Below are positions 1-13,025 of a stretch of DNA of 64,000 bases, one piece after another. The stretch is from the NCBI GenBank assembly GCA_047967505.1, contig CM106538.1. One strand, 5' to 3'. The position numbers were made by a program, and so were the translations under genes. Below the pieces are notes generated by a model. The model was not told the DNA's origin and ran no database searches. It saw nothing but the letters and a program-made list of their open reading frames with translations. The stretch is from Dipteris shenzhenensis. Its lineage: Eukaryota. Numbering within the stretch: the first letter of the stretch is position 1; each line of letters begins with the position of its first letter.

Positions 1-1200
1 ATGACGCTTTTTGCAACGAAATAATGGGAGACACCAAATCAAGAAATTTGCTCCGAGTCAAATCAACCTGAGGAGTAGGAGAATGTGGCTGAGAAAAAAG
101 GAGCTGAAAATGATCCAAACATTCTTTTTCAAGCTGAGATAGAGTCTAGGTCCAAGCACCATCTGATTCTTTGATCTGATTCTTTGACTCTCATGATAGA
201 TTGGCTTTGTCTATGTGCATGCAAATTCTGAAAAAAAGAATTTGATGAGCAGCCCTTATCCAGTAAAGGCTTGACTGTAGCCCTTGTCTGCCATTTAGAG
301 AGCCTGCGTCTATCATTGGCATAAATGATGGAAGAAGCACAAGACATTGAATCCTATTTAAAAGAGGAAAGAGACCTTTGATGGATGATTTGCACTAAGG
401 CTTGCTTTTGTGATTTTGCCCACTAGATTTGATGCCTAGTTTTAGCCATGTACCACCTGCCATAATCCTTAATGACAGTTTGAATACGATGCACAAAAGA
501 GTTCCAAGCAAAGTCAATGTCTTCCCAAGCATGTGATAACAATGTCCTGCATGCCATTTGAATCATTTCTTGAAATTTTTTATCAGAAAGATATGATTGA
601 TTGACATGCAAGTGTCTTAGACGCATACCAAATGAAAAATGCAGCCAAAGAGGAGTGTGATCAGACAACTCAGTCCACATTTGACAAGTATAATCATCAT
701 ATTGTTGAGCATGAAAAAGGTACCATCTATCTAGCCTAGCCCAATACTCTGTAAAAGCATTATGATGATATGTAAAGCCCAAAATAGAAGGGTGGGTTGC
801 TCTCCATCAATTTGGAGCATGAAGCGATGCAATCAAATCTTCCCATTGTTGAGTTTCAGAGGGCAGCATATGAGATTTATGAGTAGTATTGTCCTTCCAG
901 TGAGGAGAGTTATTGAAATCACAAAGTATAGCATTAGTGGACCAAGGATATTGCCTTATGGAATCCCACATTTGAGCTCTACAAGTTGAAGTTTGAGAAG
1001 CATACAAAGAACCAATTTCAAAGATTTCTCCATTGATCATGCATTGGATAATCATCCATCTGCCTACCATCCTCTATTCTTCAAACACTTGTTGGCACAT
1101 ACACGCTTAATATCCAGCTTGACTTTTCTCAATGCATCTCAGTTTTCATTTATGGACCCACCATGCTCTCGAGTAGCCTTTAGCACTATGTTGATTGATT
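1..1200 (-). mobile_element. Degenerate L1-type LINE fragment (ORF2 endonuclease/EEP domain), truncated by window start
   Basis: Minus-strand ORFs 807..1070 (SLYAS...LCDFN, a GDFN-like motif) and 423..782 (WARLDRWY...LSDHTPL) carry EEP motifs in L1 order and are broken by stops. Boundaries approximate. Confidence 0.8.
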
Positions 1201-2110
1201 TGTAATGTTGACCTTGCAGCAGAAGGAGGTGCTACATAAGGGGCCTTCAAGACAATGTATTTACATCATAGTTTGATTTTTTTGGGAATTTTTTTTTAGT
1301 TAGCAATTTAGGCTTTCTTCTAGTGTGAATTGCAAATTCCCATGTGCTATGCATATACTATGAATGCAATTTACTATGTGTGGAATGCAATGTGCTATAA
1401 ATCCAAGGAAGGGTGCATTAGTCTCCCCTCACACAAAATGTGTGGTTATGTGCTAAGTGCAAATTGTACTTTCATTTTCAATATTAAATTTCAAGTTCAC
1501 TTTTGAAAAGTGATATGTGCTAAATGAGAATGGCTATGTGCCCAAAGAAGGACACACTCCTTGGTCTAGAGAGTAAGCATGCCAAGTGTCTTTTTTTCCA
1601 ATATTTAAGAAAGCTTACTTCCTGAATCTAGTTTTGTTGGAAGTTTGTTGTGTTTGGAGGTGCTGGCTATGATATGAGAGCTACTATTGGCTATGGCTAT
1701 GGTGATTCGGTTCTGAGCAAGAGTCAGTTGAGGCCACCTCGTCTGAACATAAGATCCGGGCGGGCATCCTGTGAAATCAATTGCCATGAGGGAGGCAAGC
1801 GGGCGGGCGCGCGGGCATCTAGAGTGAAGGAGTGTGAGGCAACCAACCTGAGCCATGGGTAAAGAAAAGAAATTGTGTAACTAACTAGGGTGGGTATAGA
1901 TGGTGTCTTTTTTTTATTTGGGGGGGGCGGGGGGCATCGTTTTGTGTTGCTGGCTATGGCGATTCGAGCTTGTGGCTGTGGCTATGGCGATTGGAGCTCA
2001 TAGCTATGGCGCTGGCTATGGCGATCGAGCTTTCTGCTCGTGCAGCTTCTTCTTCTTCTTTTGCTCCGCCATCCTCTAACATGCTTTCATGAGCACATTT
2101 AGCCTCCAGC

Positions 2111-2822
2111 ATGAGTCGTGATCCTGACCCCATCAGTATCCTGCCCTCTTCCAGTCACCTCGAGATCAAGAGCTTCTACGCCCCTCGCGACAGCCTCGCT
2201 TTCCACGATGCCTGCTCTATCCGCTTCAACGTCTTCGTTGCCGAGCAAGGTTTCGCTCCCGAGAACGAGTTCGACAAGTAAGTTGCTTTTGCTCCAATTT
2301 CTGGCTTCCGAAGCCGTCCTCCAACTCCTTGCTTCCCTTTTGACCGTGCTCGTAGCTTGTATCAGGATAGACGAGACTTGTGTGCATCTTTTGGCTTATT
2401 ACGTTTCGCCGGCTTGGGGGGGGCGATCTGTACCGGTCGGTACGCTCCGTTTGCATCCGCTTCCGAACTCGACCGTGATCAGACTGAGTAGAATTGCGGT
2501 GATGAAGCCACACCGACATCAAGGGATTGCGAGAAGATTGGTATCTGTGGCTGAAAGTGTTGCTCGCAGTATGGGAATGACGCGGTGTATGATGCATGCC
2601 CAGGCGGACAAAAGGATCTTGTATGAAAGATTAGGTTATACCGTAATGGAGGTTGCTGAAAACGCTGAGGAGCAGAGTGAGAACGAAGAAGTTGTCAACC
2701 TAGGTGATGACGACAGCCTCGAAGGCACGGGAAGAGTTGAGAGAGATGATAGGAAGGGCCAATTTTTGGAGGAAGGCGTATGGCATGTGAAGATGTGTAA
2801 AGATATTTTACAACCAAATTGA
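2111..2822 (+). CDS. GNAT family N-acetyltransferase, YjcF/ElaA-like; 2 exons (2111-2277, 2366-2822), 207 aa
   Basis: ATG at 2111 reads MSRDPDPISILPSSSHLEIKSFYAPRDSLAFHDACSIRFNVFVAEQGFAPENEFD. An 88-nt GTAAGT...TGACC...ATCAG intron (2278-2365) then joins in frame to KIDETCVHLLAYY...VGTLRL...RLSRIAVMKPHRHQGIARRL (acetyl-CoA motif)...HAQ...LYERLGY...FLEEGVWHVKMCKDI; TGA ends at 2822. The 2118 start in the ORF track reads through the intron. Confidence 0.9.
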
Positions 2823-4899
2823 ATATGGTCTATTCCAAGAGTAAATGAGCGATCCGAGTTTACCAATCTATGGAGCTTCCTTTTCTTTTGTTCATTTCAC
2901 GTTTGTGCTTTTCATTCAGGGCTTAATGCAGGCATTCCACTCTACCGACATTTCTCACCTGTCACAGCATGATACCAAAGCGATTTGCGCTATATGTTCA
3001 TGTCCCAATATTTGCATAACAGTCCTGTATGTTGAGCCACGTTTCTGAATTCATGCAAGGATGTTTGATCGTTGATCTTGAAGATTCTGTTGTCTTCTGA
3101 TGATGCCTACAGTAGCTCTGAAAATGTGTATTTATGGGCATTTTGTAACATTCTGGAGCATGGAAAATTTTGTTTTTGCGAGGGTTGATACAATTCCAAA
3201 CATGTTAATTATCACACTATATCAGCACAATGATTGGAACGTACGAGGCTTTGGTAGTTCTCCTCCTTATTATGAGTGTAAAAGGTTTGTATCATGCGTG
3301 ATTTAACGACCCAGTTGCAAAGTGCCATCTTTCATGTGATGTTATTTTGATAAGGATTAGGCAGTTGTGCGAAAGTAATAGAATACTCGACTTTTGAGTC
3401 GCGGCAGTTTTCCAAAGAGCCCTCTATACTAAGCTAGGATGTAATGCAGTGGTCATCACATACTGAGGGAGGTAGTTCAAAGGACATGGCCACATTGATT
3501 ACCATTTCATGTAAGGATGTATGCTGCGCCAACGTAGAGGTGGTGCAAATGAGTTGTGACACGTCCGCTACTTGTAGAAAATGCTTGTGGGTCTACATCA
3601 CCACTTGAAGAGTGACGGCACTGTACTTGGTGATCAAGCCTCATACCATCTTGCAAGGCTGAGATAGTCACAAAAGTTACCCTGTTTGACTCATACCACT
3701 TTTCATTCTCCCTTTTAGTTTTGCCTAGAGTCAGAAGAATAGTCTGGTTACTTGTTTCTTTGCATCACTTTGTGCAAGGTCAAAGGCCTGAACATTTACT
3801 TGTATCTGCATCCATATCACTGATTGTTATGGTTATAGAACAGAATTACTTGGGTCCCGATACTACACTTGGTGCTGAGGCGTTTGATTGATTAAGTTGA
3901 CAGGATCTTTGAGAGCATGAAGCTGAGTAGTAGAAGAGGCTGTGGAGAGAAGCCAAGTTTCATTGTGGACTGCTTGCCTATAACGTTGATGCACAATTAT
4001 TGGTCCTGTACCTATTTACGAGGGTAAATTGGATACCTTTAGTTATGGATCCCATCAGAGGCTTTTGTACTACTTTCGGGGAATGGAACAACATTGTTCT
4101 TGTGCTCACAAACCAGGGGCGTTTCATTGTGGAGTAATTGCCTGTGCCAGATATTTGTATACTAGGCTCTAGCATACTTGCATTTCACCATTGAGTTATT
4201 TCATTTCTCTGAAAGAATAAACTCAAGCAACGTAATGAAGAAAAGGGCTGCTCTGTTCTATGTTGTGGATATCTCCAGTTGATATGGGTCTGGATCGTTG
4301 TACACAAATTAAAAAAACAAAGTGGGGATATACGCGCTATCTTTAGATTTGAAACAGCTTCTGATTTCAACCTAGTCTCGGGTCCTACATGGCTTGGTGT
4401 CAACATTTTCTAATGTCTTCTTGTGTACACCTATTGTTGTAATAAAAAGCATGACATTTACCTCTGGTGTGTGTGTGCCATGCTCAATGTTTTTTCCATA
4501 TGTTACCATACGCATACATCATATGAGTACGGAAGTGTATGGTTCAGGGGCTGAAACATACGTGACCCTAATTTTACCCCCAAAAAATTAGAAAAATATA
4601 CATTGTACACATTAAATTGACATAGAGGTATTAAACTTTCAGCTTGAACCTTGAAACTTGTATGAATTTTGAAGTCAACATTCATGAGTCACGATTCATC
4701 ATTCATGAAAGACTCCAGTCTCCAGAGACTGTAGTCATCTAGAGTCTAGATTTTGATACATATTGTCAATCATAAATCAATCATCAATACTACACCAAAA
4801 CATCATGATCAAAGGAAGTAGGTACTAGTAACTACACCAAATCATAAATGGCAAAACTTCCGAAAGAAAAGGTTGCTGCAGCCCAGGAATAAAGCCTGA

Positions 4900-7100
4900 A
4901 ATGCATGACAATTCACAACCGATGAGGCTCAAGCCTCAGGTTGCATCCTCATCCTCATCCTCTTGCTCATCCTCATCATCATCTATATCAATGTCCTCAT
5001 CCTCCTCATTACTATCATCCTCATTTGCCTTGCCATGGGAGTCCAAAAGACTAGAGCTACTTGAAGATGCAGCAACATTCATCCTTCTTACAAGATGCAG
5101 CAACATTCATCCTTCTTACAAGTGTAACAATAGGGGCTGCAATCTCTTCTCCCTTTGTATCAGCTTGCAAAGTGAGCAACCTCTTATCATCCTTCTCCAT
5201 GATCATCATTTCTAGGGTCACTACTATCTTCTCAAATCCCCTTTCTTTGATTTTGAAGATAAGATGCAAATTAGTATGGATGTATACTAATTTCTTCCTC
5301 TCACAAGGAGAAGCACATGTGCCTTGCGAGAGCACTCGAAGAGCTAACCGTTGCAAATTTGGTGTGTGAGCCTCAAATGTCTTGCACCATTTCACCCCTT
5401 GGTGCATTCTCTTTTCATCCTTCGCAATTGCATGAGCAAATGTGCTTGACATGGACTTGTAAATATCCAACTCATCACATAAGGTGCCCTAGTTGTTAAC
5501 ATCATACTTTGTGTACCGCTCTATGACATCCATCCACCCATCATGCACCTCCTTGTTACCATCTAGCTTTTTCTCTCTCCAAATAGATGGAGAACAAAAG
5601 CTACCGCATGCAATGAAGAGTGCATCATATCCCACCTGTCAACACACAAGGCTCTAACATCAACCAGCTTTGAGGAGTCAATCCCATCAATAGTTGTTAT
5701 CTTCTCAACCATCCGCTCAGTGAGCTCACATACAAGTCCCATGGTAGCCCCTTTCCGATTAGCCACGCGAAGGATCTTCAAAATAGGTACACAAAGCTTC
5801 ACAATGCGTCAAGCAACCTGTCAAGATTAAGCACCCAATAGAAGACACCTGTTGTGCTTTCACAGTGCATGACACCTTCTTCTTGCAATACTCATCATTA
5901 TTGACAACCATGCGGCGTAATCAATTGTATACCCTCTCATCCAACAAGTTTGCTAAGTTCTAACATGATAAACATGTAAGCAAACCGTGTAACATTGTGT
6001 TGGTTCACCAATTCCTTCTTGCTAAATTTTCTATACATTGCGGGTAACAAATGTCACAATCATGTTAGCATGTAACAACACTGGCTTCACCCATGCAAGC
6101 TTTCCAATGTCCTCAAACAGGAGGTCAAGGCAATGGCATGTGCATCTAGTAGACAAAATATGAGGCCACTCTTCCTCTAGCAATTCTCCTACTCGCACGT
6201 AGTTAGATGCATTGTCCATACACACCTGCATCACATTTTCAGCCTCAACATCAAGAATGGCATCTTTCAGATCCCAAAGATGTACTCCCCTGACTTATAC
6301 TGCCCACTTGTGTCCACGAACTTCAAGAAGGCTGAGGCAAATATGCATGAGCCATGATATTGATTATAGGTCGGTGCCGAGTGTCAGACCAGCCATCACA
6401 AGTTATGCTACGGCAATATTTTTTTCAATTATCCCGAAACTGTAGCATCTCTTGATCTCTGCATACCGCTTCATTAGTTAGCTCCTTTGTATGCAAAACA
6501 TTGTAGGATGGAGGCCTGAAGGTAGGCCCAACTTGGCCAATGGCACGGACCATCTCCAAAAAATAAGAGCTCCTCACCTTCCAATGAGGAATATCCTCTG
6601 CAAAGAAAAAATGACAGAGAGCAATGTATGCATCCTTTTGTGCCTATGACTCCCATGCCTTGGCCAAGGCTCCCTTTGACATCTTTTGTTTCCTTTGTTT
6701 TTGCTCACATGCACCAGTAGATGCATTTCCACTTGCGGTACCACTCACCGAGGCATCGCGAAAATCAGCCACATTTGCATCAAGCTGTTTTGCAGCCATT
6801 TTCAGAGCTATGTTTGCTTGCAATCTTCGACAAGTATCTTTCATATTTTCAGGAGGAGCGGTACACTTCTCAACCCCCAAGCCCAAGAAAATGTGCCCTT
6901 ATGTGGGTCGGTCCTCCATCCCACGAATGAGGGCAATATTTACATTTACAAGTGTATTGGCCCTTCCCCAAAGGCTTTAACATGTCTACATATTCGCATT
7001 CCGGTCCTTTTTGTCTTCCCTTTTGCAGTAGACCTGCAAGTTGCAAATTTGCAAAAGAGGGTAAATAAGGAAAAGGAGCAATTTGCAAAAGAGGACTTGA
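4900..7100 (-). mobile_element. Decayed hAT transposase (BED zinc finger, DUF659-like core, C-terminal dimerisation domain)
   Basis: Minus-strand fragments in order: CKCKYC...HIRAHFLG (6870..7088), MDNASNY...WPHILSTRCTCHCLDLLFEDIGKL (6031..6234), PILKILRVANRKGATMG (5563..5802), LQRLALRVLSQGTCASPCER (5057..5470), then an acidic tail. Many frameshifts and stops; termini not resolved. Confidence 0.88.
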
Positions 7101-10100
7101 AGGCTAAAGTTGCAAAACAAATTTGTTTGCATGCTTTAGTAGACGTTTGCAAGTTTGCAATCCTGTTATCTTTTTGGGCCTTTGCATACTTGGGGCTTTA
7201 GCCCACATTGTAGTTTTTTATGTTTCACATTTATTTTAGGGTGGGCTTTTCTTTGTACACCATTCTTTGTATTCTAAAATCTAAAGTTTGAACTACAAAT
7301 AATATATGCATCTTTTAAAATTAGGAGTCTACTTAAAGGTTTTTGCAGACTATTTTGCCCATGCATGCCCATGGTGCATTGAATGCATCTAGGCCATGGG
7401 TTGGATGTGAGCGCACAATCTTGCCCATCCATGATCCTTGGGCATGCCCATCATGGTCTAAGTCTATAAATACCCTTGTGTTTATAGACTATGTTTGCCC
7501 ATGCCTATCCATGGTCATCTCGACCATGGATTTGACATGGGTAGGCAATCTTGCTTGTCCATGATCTTTCGGCGTGCCCATGGTGGACCACACCTTTAGT
7601 GTCCATGTTTATTTCAAACAGGACCAATAAGCAAACGTTTGGAAAATTTTGCAAACTTGAGACATTTGCTTTGCAACTATGGTGACCATGGTTAAGAAAG
7701 CAATAAGGTCTATGTAACTATGGTCATGGATGTTGTCTTCAGGCAGTGGAGGAAATGAAAATTTGGCTTCTAATTCATCCACGTGTATGCTCTAATTGTT
7801 CAAATTTGGCTTCTTCTTCTTCACTATCGCCACCTCAAGCTTTGTGCTGCTACCTCTCGCTATGGAGTTCTCTTCCCTTCTCTTCCACAAGCTTTCTTTT
7901 TACAGTTATTATGGAGACCTTCCTCTCTTCGCCACCTCTTTTGTGTGTAGCTCATTGTCTGTTTGGCTAGGGCTTCCTCCTCCCCTCTTCTCTTCATCTC
8001 ATAGACCCTCCTTCCTCCTCCCTCTCTTTTGGATATGACGATCTCCACCTCTTTCCTTCTACACCCCCCACATACCAGCTCAGCTATGGCACCTCCTAGA
8101 TTTGCCTAGGTGCTAATGCATTCGGTTTAGAATTGCTTTAGAATAGGGAACGACTTGGGTGCTAGGATAGTTGGTCAAGCTAGTTCTCACTCTCTCTCCA
8201 CAGTTGCAAGCTTCACTCCTTGAGCACCTGGAGTGCAAGAGCATCAACCATGCTATGCTCACGTTTAAAACCTCCTTGCCACCTTTGTGAGCATCCAATT
8301 GAGTGCCAGCCCTCCATAAAATATGTCATGTTGTGTGGAAGCTGCCTGAAATGATGATGGACAGCTATTGCTGATGGACCTTATGCACACCAGCCTTGAG
8401 TAAATTTTGTTAAATGATGTAGTAGACTTTTTTAAATGAGACAGTAGGAGTTCCAGAATGCTTGGAATGGGGGGAAAAGGATCCACTCTGAATTTAGGGG
8501 CCAGTGGTGGCTCAAGGCTAGGTAAGGGAGGCTAATACAAAACACTCAAACTGACATGCTCAAACTGATACTAATGGCTACTTAAAATCTAAAAATTCAA
8601 GATCTTCACAACCTTCCATCAAATTTGCAATTGTAATTTTGAGATGTAATTGACTATGCATTTGGTATTGGCATTGGATCAATACAAAAACATAAATTTG
8701 CAAGAATTGTATACAAAATTCATTCCATTAAGCATAAGGGTGTTAATTGGTGACTCATTAACTCAATTAACCTACCTTAAAACCCCTAACTTGATCTAAC
8801 TAGTTTAATTAACCTAATTCCTCCCCCTCCACCTTGCCCCTCTACCTCCGCCTCATCACCCCACCCCTACCTCCTCACATCTGCCTCTGCCTCGCCAGCC
8901 CTCCCCTATCCTTCACTCATCCCCACTGCCCTTGCCTCTCTCTAAATTATCTCGATGCTTTTCTCCACTTGCTTGCCACTCGAATTTCGTGAATCAGAGA
9001 TAGGGTTGGGAAGCTGATCGGATTTTGTGAATTAATGACCTTACAATAGCGAGTGTAGGAATCAGCAACGGTGAATGGAGGTGATTAAAAAAGGGCAATC
9101 AGCATCGGTGATAATAGGCAGAGGGAGCAGCAACGAGTGCATGGTGAGTGCAACAGCCAGAGGGAGGGAAGCAGCAATGGGAGTGCAAGCAGGAAGCAAC
9201 AGTGAGTGCAATAGGCATAAGCAGATGGAGCAGCAGTGAAAGTGTAAGAGGCAGAGGGAGGGAGAACTCACGAGGTGCAAGAGACAGAGGGAGAACTCAC
9301 AAGGTGCAAGAGGTAGAGGGAGAGCTCAAGAGGTAGAGGGCAAGAGGAGAGAGTGTCCACATCGGGTCTGAGCATTTGAGTCGAGGCAAGCATTTGTATC
9401 CATCCATGGTGGTTCTTGAGATTTCTCGAGGTGCAAGGACACGTGCCTTCTCCCCAATGTTTCTCTCTTGCCCCCTTCACTGCCCCCCCATCCCCTCCCC
9501 ATGGACTAATGCATTTTTTGGTATTATAGCCCCCCTATTAGCTCTATATTCCAATGGAGCTAAGAGGGAGCGCTAGATAGTGGATTGAAGAGAGCTTGGA
9601 TAAAAGATGAAGCCAAGGAATGAAAGGAATCATGCATGAAGCATGGAGAGTGGGAGAATTTGGACGATGCATCAACAAAGGGAAGCAAAGACTACCATTG
9701 CTTCGAACTTGTGTTGTTGGCGAACCTTGCAATCATTCTCACAATAGAAGAAGGTGTTGATCTCCATCCCAATGCTGGGTGCCAATGAAGTAGCACTCCT
9801 AGAAGGTATGGTCTCAGGTAGGGTTGAACCTGAAGTGATCAAGTGTCTGGGCGAAGAAGCAAGCGTGGCAGGAGAAGGAGGCGGCATCGGGGGGATAGCT
9901 AGAATTCTAGCAATGAAATTGGGGAGACCAAGGAAATTTGGGGAGGGTAGCACGAAGGGAGATAGAGGAGGTTGAGAGGAAGGCGAGGAGGAGGTTTGTA
10001 TGCCTTAATAAAAATAAAGGATTGAAACATTTGCCAAGATTTGAAACTTTATGAAAAAAAATTTTAAGTTTCGTTAGAATTTACAATGTTTTTTTCAGGT

Positions 10101-10983
10101 TTCAAAAGAATATACATATATTGTGATACACTCTATTGACATTATGAAACTAAAAAATCTAGCTCGATAAACTTTTAGCAGGATTTTATATTAATATATA
10201 AATAGAGCTTCAATAAAAACATCCCTGGTCTCATTGATCCAGAGTCCAAGAGAAAACATAAAAGTTCCACCCAGTGGAGGGAGAATGAAGTCCTTTTTTC
10301 AGAGTGGCATCAGATGGCTAAGATCAATGTACGTGGGCATGTGTTATGGCTGGGGGTAAGACATCCTCTATTGAAATTGGAGCTGAAGCCTCAAAGGTAT
10401 GCCAACATGTCTTTCTCTAAGCGTGATTTAAGAAACAAGATTCCTTTCTTTCAGAGTTGCTAGATTTGAACGTTTCTTGACTTGATTGGACTAAGGTCGT
10501 CGGGTCCTTTCCTCTTCTCCAACCTTTCACTAGTCAATATGGTTAGTTACATCCCTATTCTCCTTCACTTCATCCTTGTCGCTCGTTATTATTGGCTTTT
10601 CATTCATCAATCGAAAGGTTGAATTTTATCTTTGAAATTGTGGATTTTCAGTCAATTCTTTCATAATTGGTACTCAGAGGTACACTCGTCAACATGCCAT
10701 GTTGATGGGAATATGCTGGCTTTGCGATTTAGTACATTCTAAATCCTGATTTGTGCAAACAATCTCCCCTTATATTTATGCCATGTTTTGCAAATGTCCA
10801 CAGTTGAGCTTAGAGAATGAAAGCGGTGCAAAACTTGAAAAAGCTTTGTGCATGCGTTAAAAGTACGGTTCAATCGTGGACGCTATGTAGTCCTCTTGAT
10901 GATCCTCTCCACCCACCTCCTCTAGCATGGTTGATCCGAGGGCGGCTCAAGAAGGGGGGCATGTTAACATCCACAGAGTACAC

Positions 10984-11207
10984 TCAGTGATTAGAGGTGA
11001 TTAGGCTTCATGATTTACTTCAATGGCTGTAGGCATGGAGGAAGTACAGTGTAGGGTAATCAGTGATTAGAGGTGATTAGGCTTCATGATTTACTTTAAT
11101 GGTTGTAGACATGGAGGAAGTACAGTGTAGGGTTATCAGTGATTAAATGTGATTAGTCTTCATGATTTACTTCAAGGGTTGTAAACATGGAGGAAGTATA
11201 GTGCAGG
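10984..11207. repeat. Tandem repeat, 3 x 76 bp
   Basis: Unit tcagtgattagaggtgattaggcttcatgatttac...gaagtacagtgtagggt starts at 10984, 11060 and 11136. Confidence 0.9.
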
Positions 11208-11459
11208 CTCCATAAGGTTTGAGCCACAAATAACCCAAGTGGTTCCATGCCTCACAATTTTCGAGCCGCTAATAGCTCAAGATCGGCCTTGCCACTCTAG
11301 GTTTTGAGCCTCAAATGTCTTAGGACTTGGAGGCGCGAGGCTAACACAAGCACTATTTGGCGCTCTTATATGGTTAACACAATTGCTATTTCCGACACGC
11401 AACAATGGAACAATAGAGGAGAGATGGAAAGGATAGTGAAGATGCCTTGCCCAAGAGCC

Positions 11460-12646
11460 TTATGATTGTAAAGAAAGGAAGAGTGAAAAAAGAAAAAGGG
11501 TTGGCCCTCCCTTTAAAGGGTGACTTGTATAAAAGGCCAAATGGTCCACTTTGGTCTTCATTGGCTTCGCTGAGTAACACCCTGCCAATTGCACCCATAG
11601 AGTGCACTCTTCCAAACATTGACTAGGCTTGTGAGAAAACTTGAAGTTGGAATCTTGACTTGAAATGCACACGAGTACTTCTTGCCTGTGACCTTTGAAT
11701 CCGAGACCCTGAACACTGAAGCCAATACTTATTGAGAATAGCCCATGGTTGAGGAAAGTGTATCCTAAGAACCCATGTGCAACATAACCGATGGCACTTG
11801 CACCTGAGCAAATCCCAAGGCCACCCACACATCTTGGCACTGTATCATAAGACTAGGAGAAGGAGTGCCATCACTCAAACCATATAAAGTCCCTAGCTAG
11901 TCTATCCAATTCGCCGAGACAACTAGCCAAATATGGCATCACAGAGCAGACAAACACCAAAGTAGGGGTAAGTAAATGATTCAACATTGTCACCCGGCCC
12001 AAACGTGAAAGACGCTTACCACACCATTTGTGAAACTTGCCTGAGACCTTTAGCATAAGCCAATCAAACCGTTGTTTGAGAGAGTAACGCTAGAAATTGA
12101 TCTGGCATCCAAGATACCTCAGCACTATTCCCAGTTGTACAATTGAAAAACCAAAGTTAGAGACCCACATGGGTACAGGCTCCCAATATAGCCAAAGAAG
12201 TGTTGTTTTAGAAACATTGACTTTAGAATTAGACAGCACCACAAATTCAGCATAAATGTCAAGGAAGTGATTGATGTTATGCTGTAAGAAAGTTTGCATT
12301 ATCATCATCAAACATTTGGGACAAAAATAAAGTTTGTTCTAGAAGAGTTAATCCTAGCAATGACCTAGAAGACAAATGAGAATCAAGCTATTGAAGCAAT
12401 GGCTTGATGAAAATTGCAAACAATAGCAGTGCAAGAGGGCACCCTTGCCTCACAGAATGCCATAGAGGAAAGGAATGATAGTGGTAACCGTTGATTGATA
12501 TTTGAGCGGATGCATTAGCAATTAAGACCTGTGCCATACGGCAAAATCCGTTGCTAAAACCTAAGTTTTGCATGACCGTTATCATAAAATTCCAACTAAC
12601 CCATATATATACGTGTGTTGTGTGTGTGTGTATATGTATATGCATA

Positions 12647-12683
<37 letters not shown>

Positions 12684-12820
12684 TACATACACACACACAC
12701 ACACACACATATTTGAGCGGATGCATTAGCAATTAAGACCTGTGCCATACGGCAAAATCCGTCGCTAAAACCTAAGTTTTGCATGACCTTTATCATAAAA
12801 TTCCAAGTAACCCATATATA
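11460..12820 (-). mobile_element. Degenerate L1-type LINE reverse-transcriptase fragment
   Basis: Minus-strand peptides WVSWNFM...SVRQGCPLALLLFAI, LRYLGCQI, LSRLGRVTMLNHLL and MPRCVGGLGI appear in canonical plant L1 order. Confidence 0.85.
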
Positions 12821-12875
12821 TACGTGTGTTGTGTGTGTGTGTATATGTATATGCATACACACACACACACACACA

Positions 12876-12960
<85 letters not shown>

Positions 12961-12994
12961 TACATATACACACACACACACACACACACATATT

Positions 12995-13023
<29 letters not shown>
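12600..13023. repeat. Compound (TA)/(TG)/(CA)n microsatellites within a ~211-bp segmental duplication
   Basis: Block atatttgagcggatgc...cccatatatatacgtgtg followed by (CA)n starts at 12498 and again at 12709. Confidence 0.9.

Positions 13024-13025
<2 letters not shown>

Noticed and set aside
2118-2365. Ser-rich N-terminal extension of the 234-aa ORF (transit-peptide-like)
   Set aside because: It is an out-of-frame reading of exon 1 plus the intron; the conserved GNAT N-terminus is in the frame starting at 2111.
4490-7725. Candidate hAT TIRs (ccatatgttacc near 4496; gtaactatgg near 7714)
   Set aside because: Only a weak match and no 8-bp TSD, so the termini are not claimed.
7750-10000. Short ORFs with Pro/Ser-rich or purine-rich content, possibly a LINE ORF1 remnant
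   Set aside because: No diagnostic motif; low complexity explains most of them.
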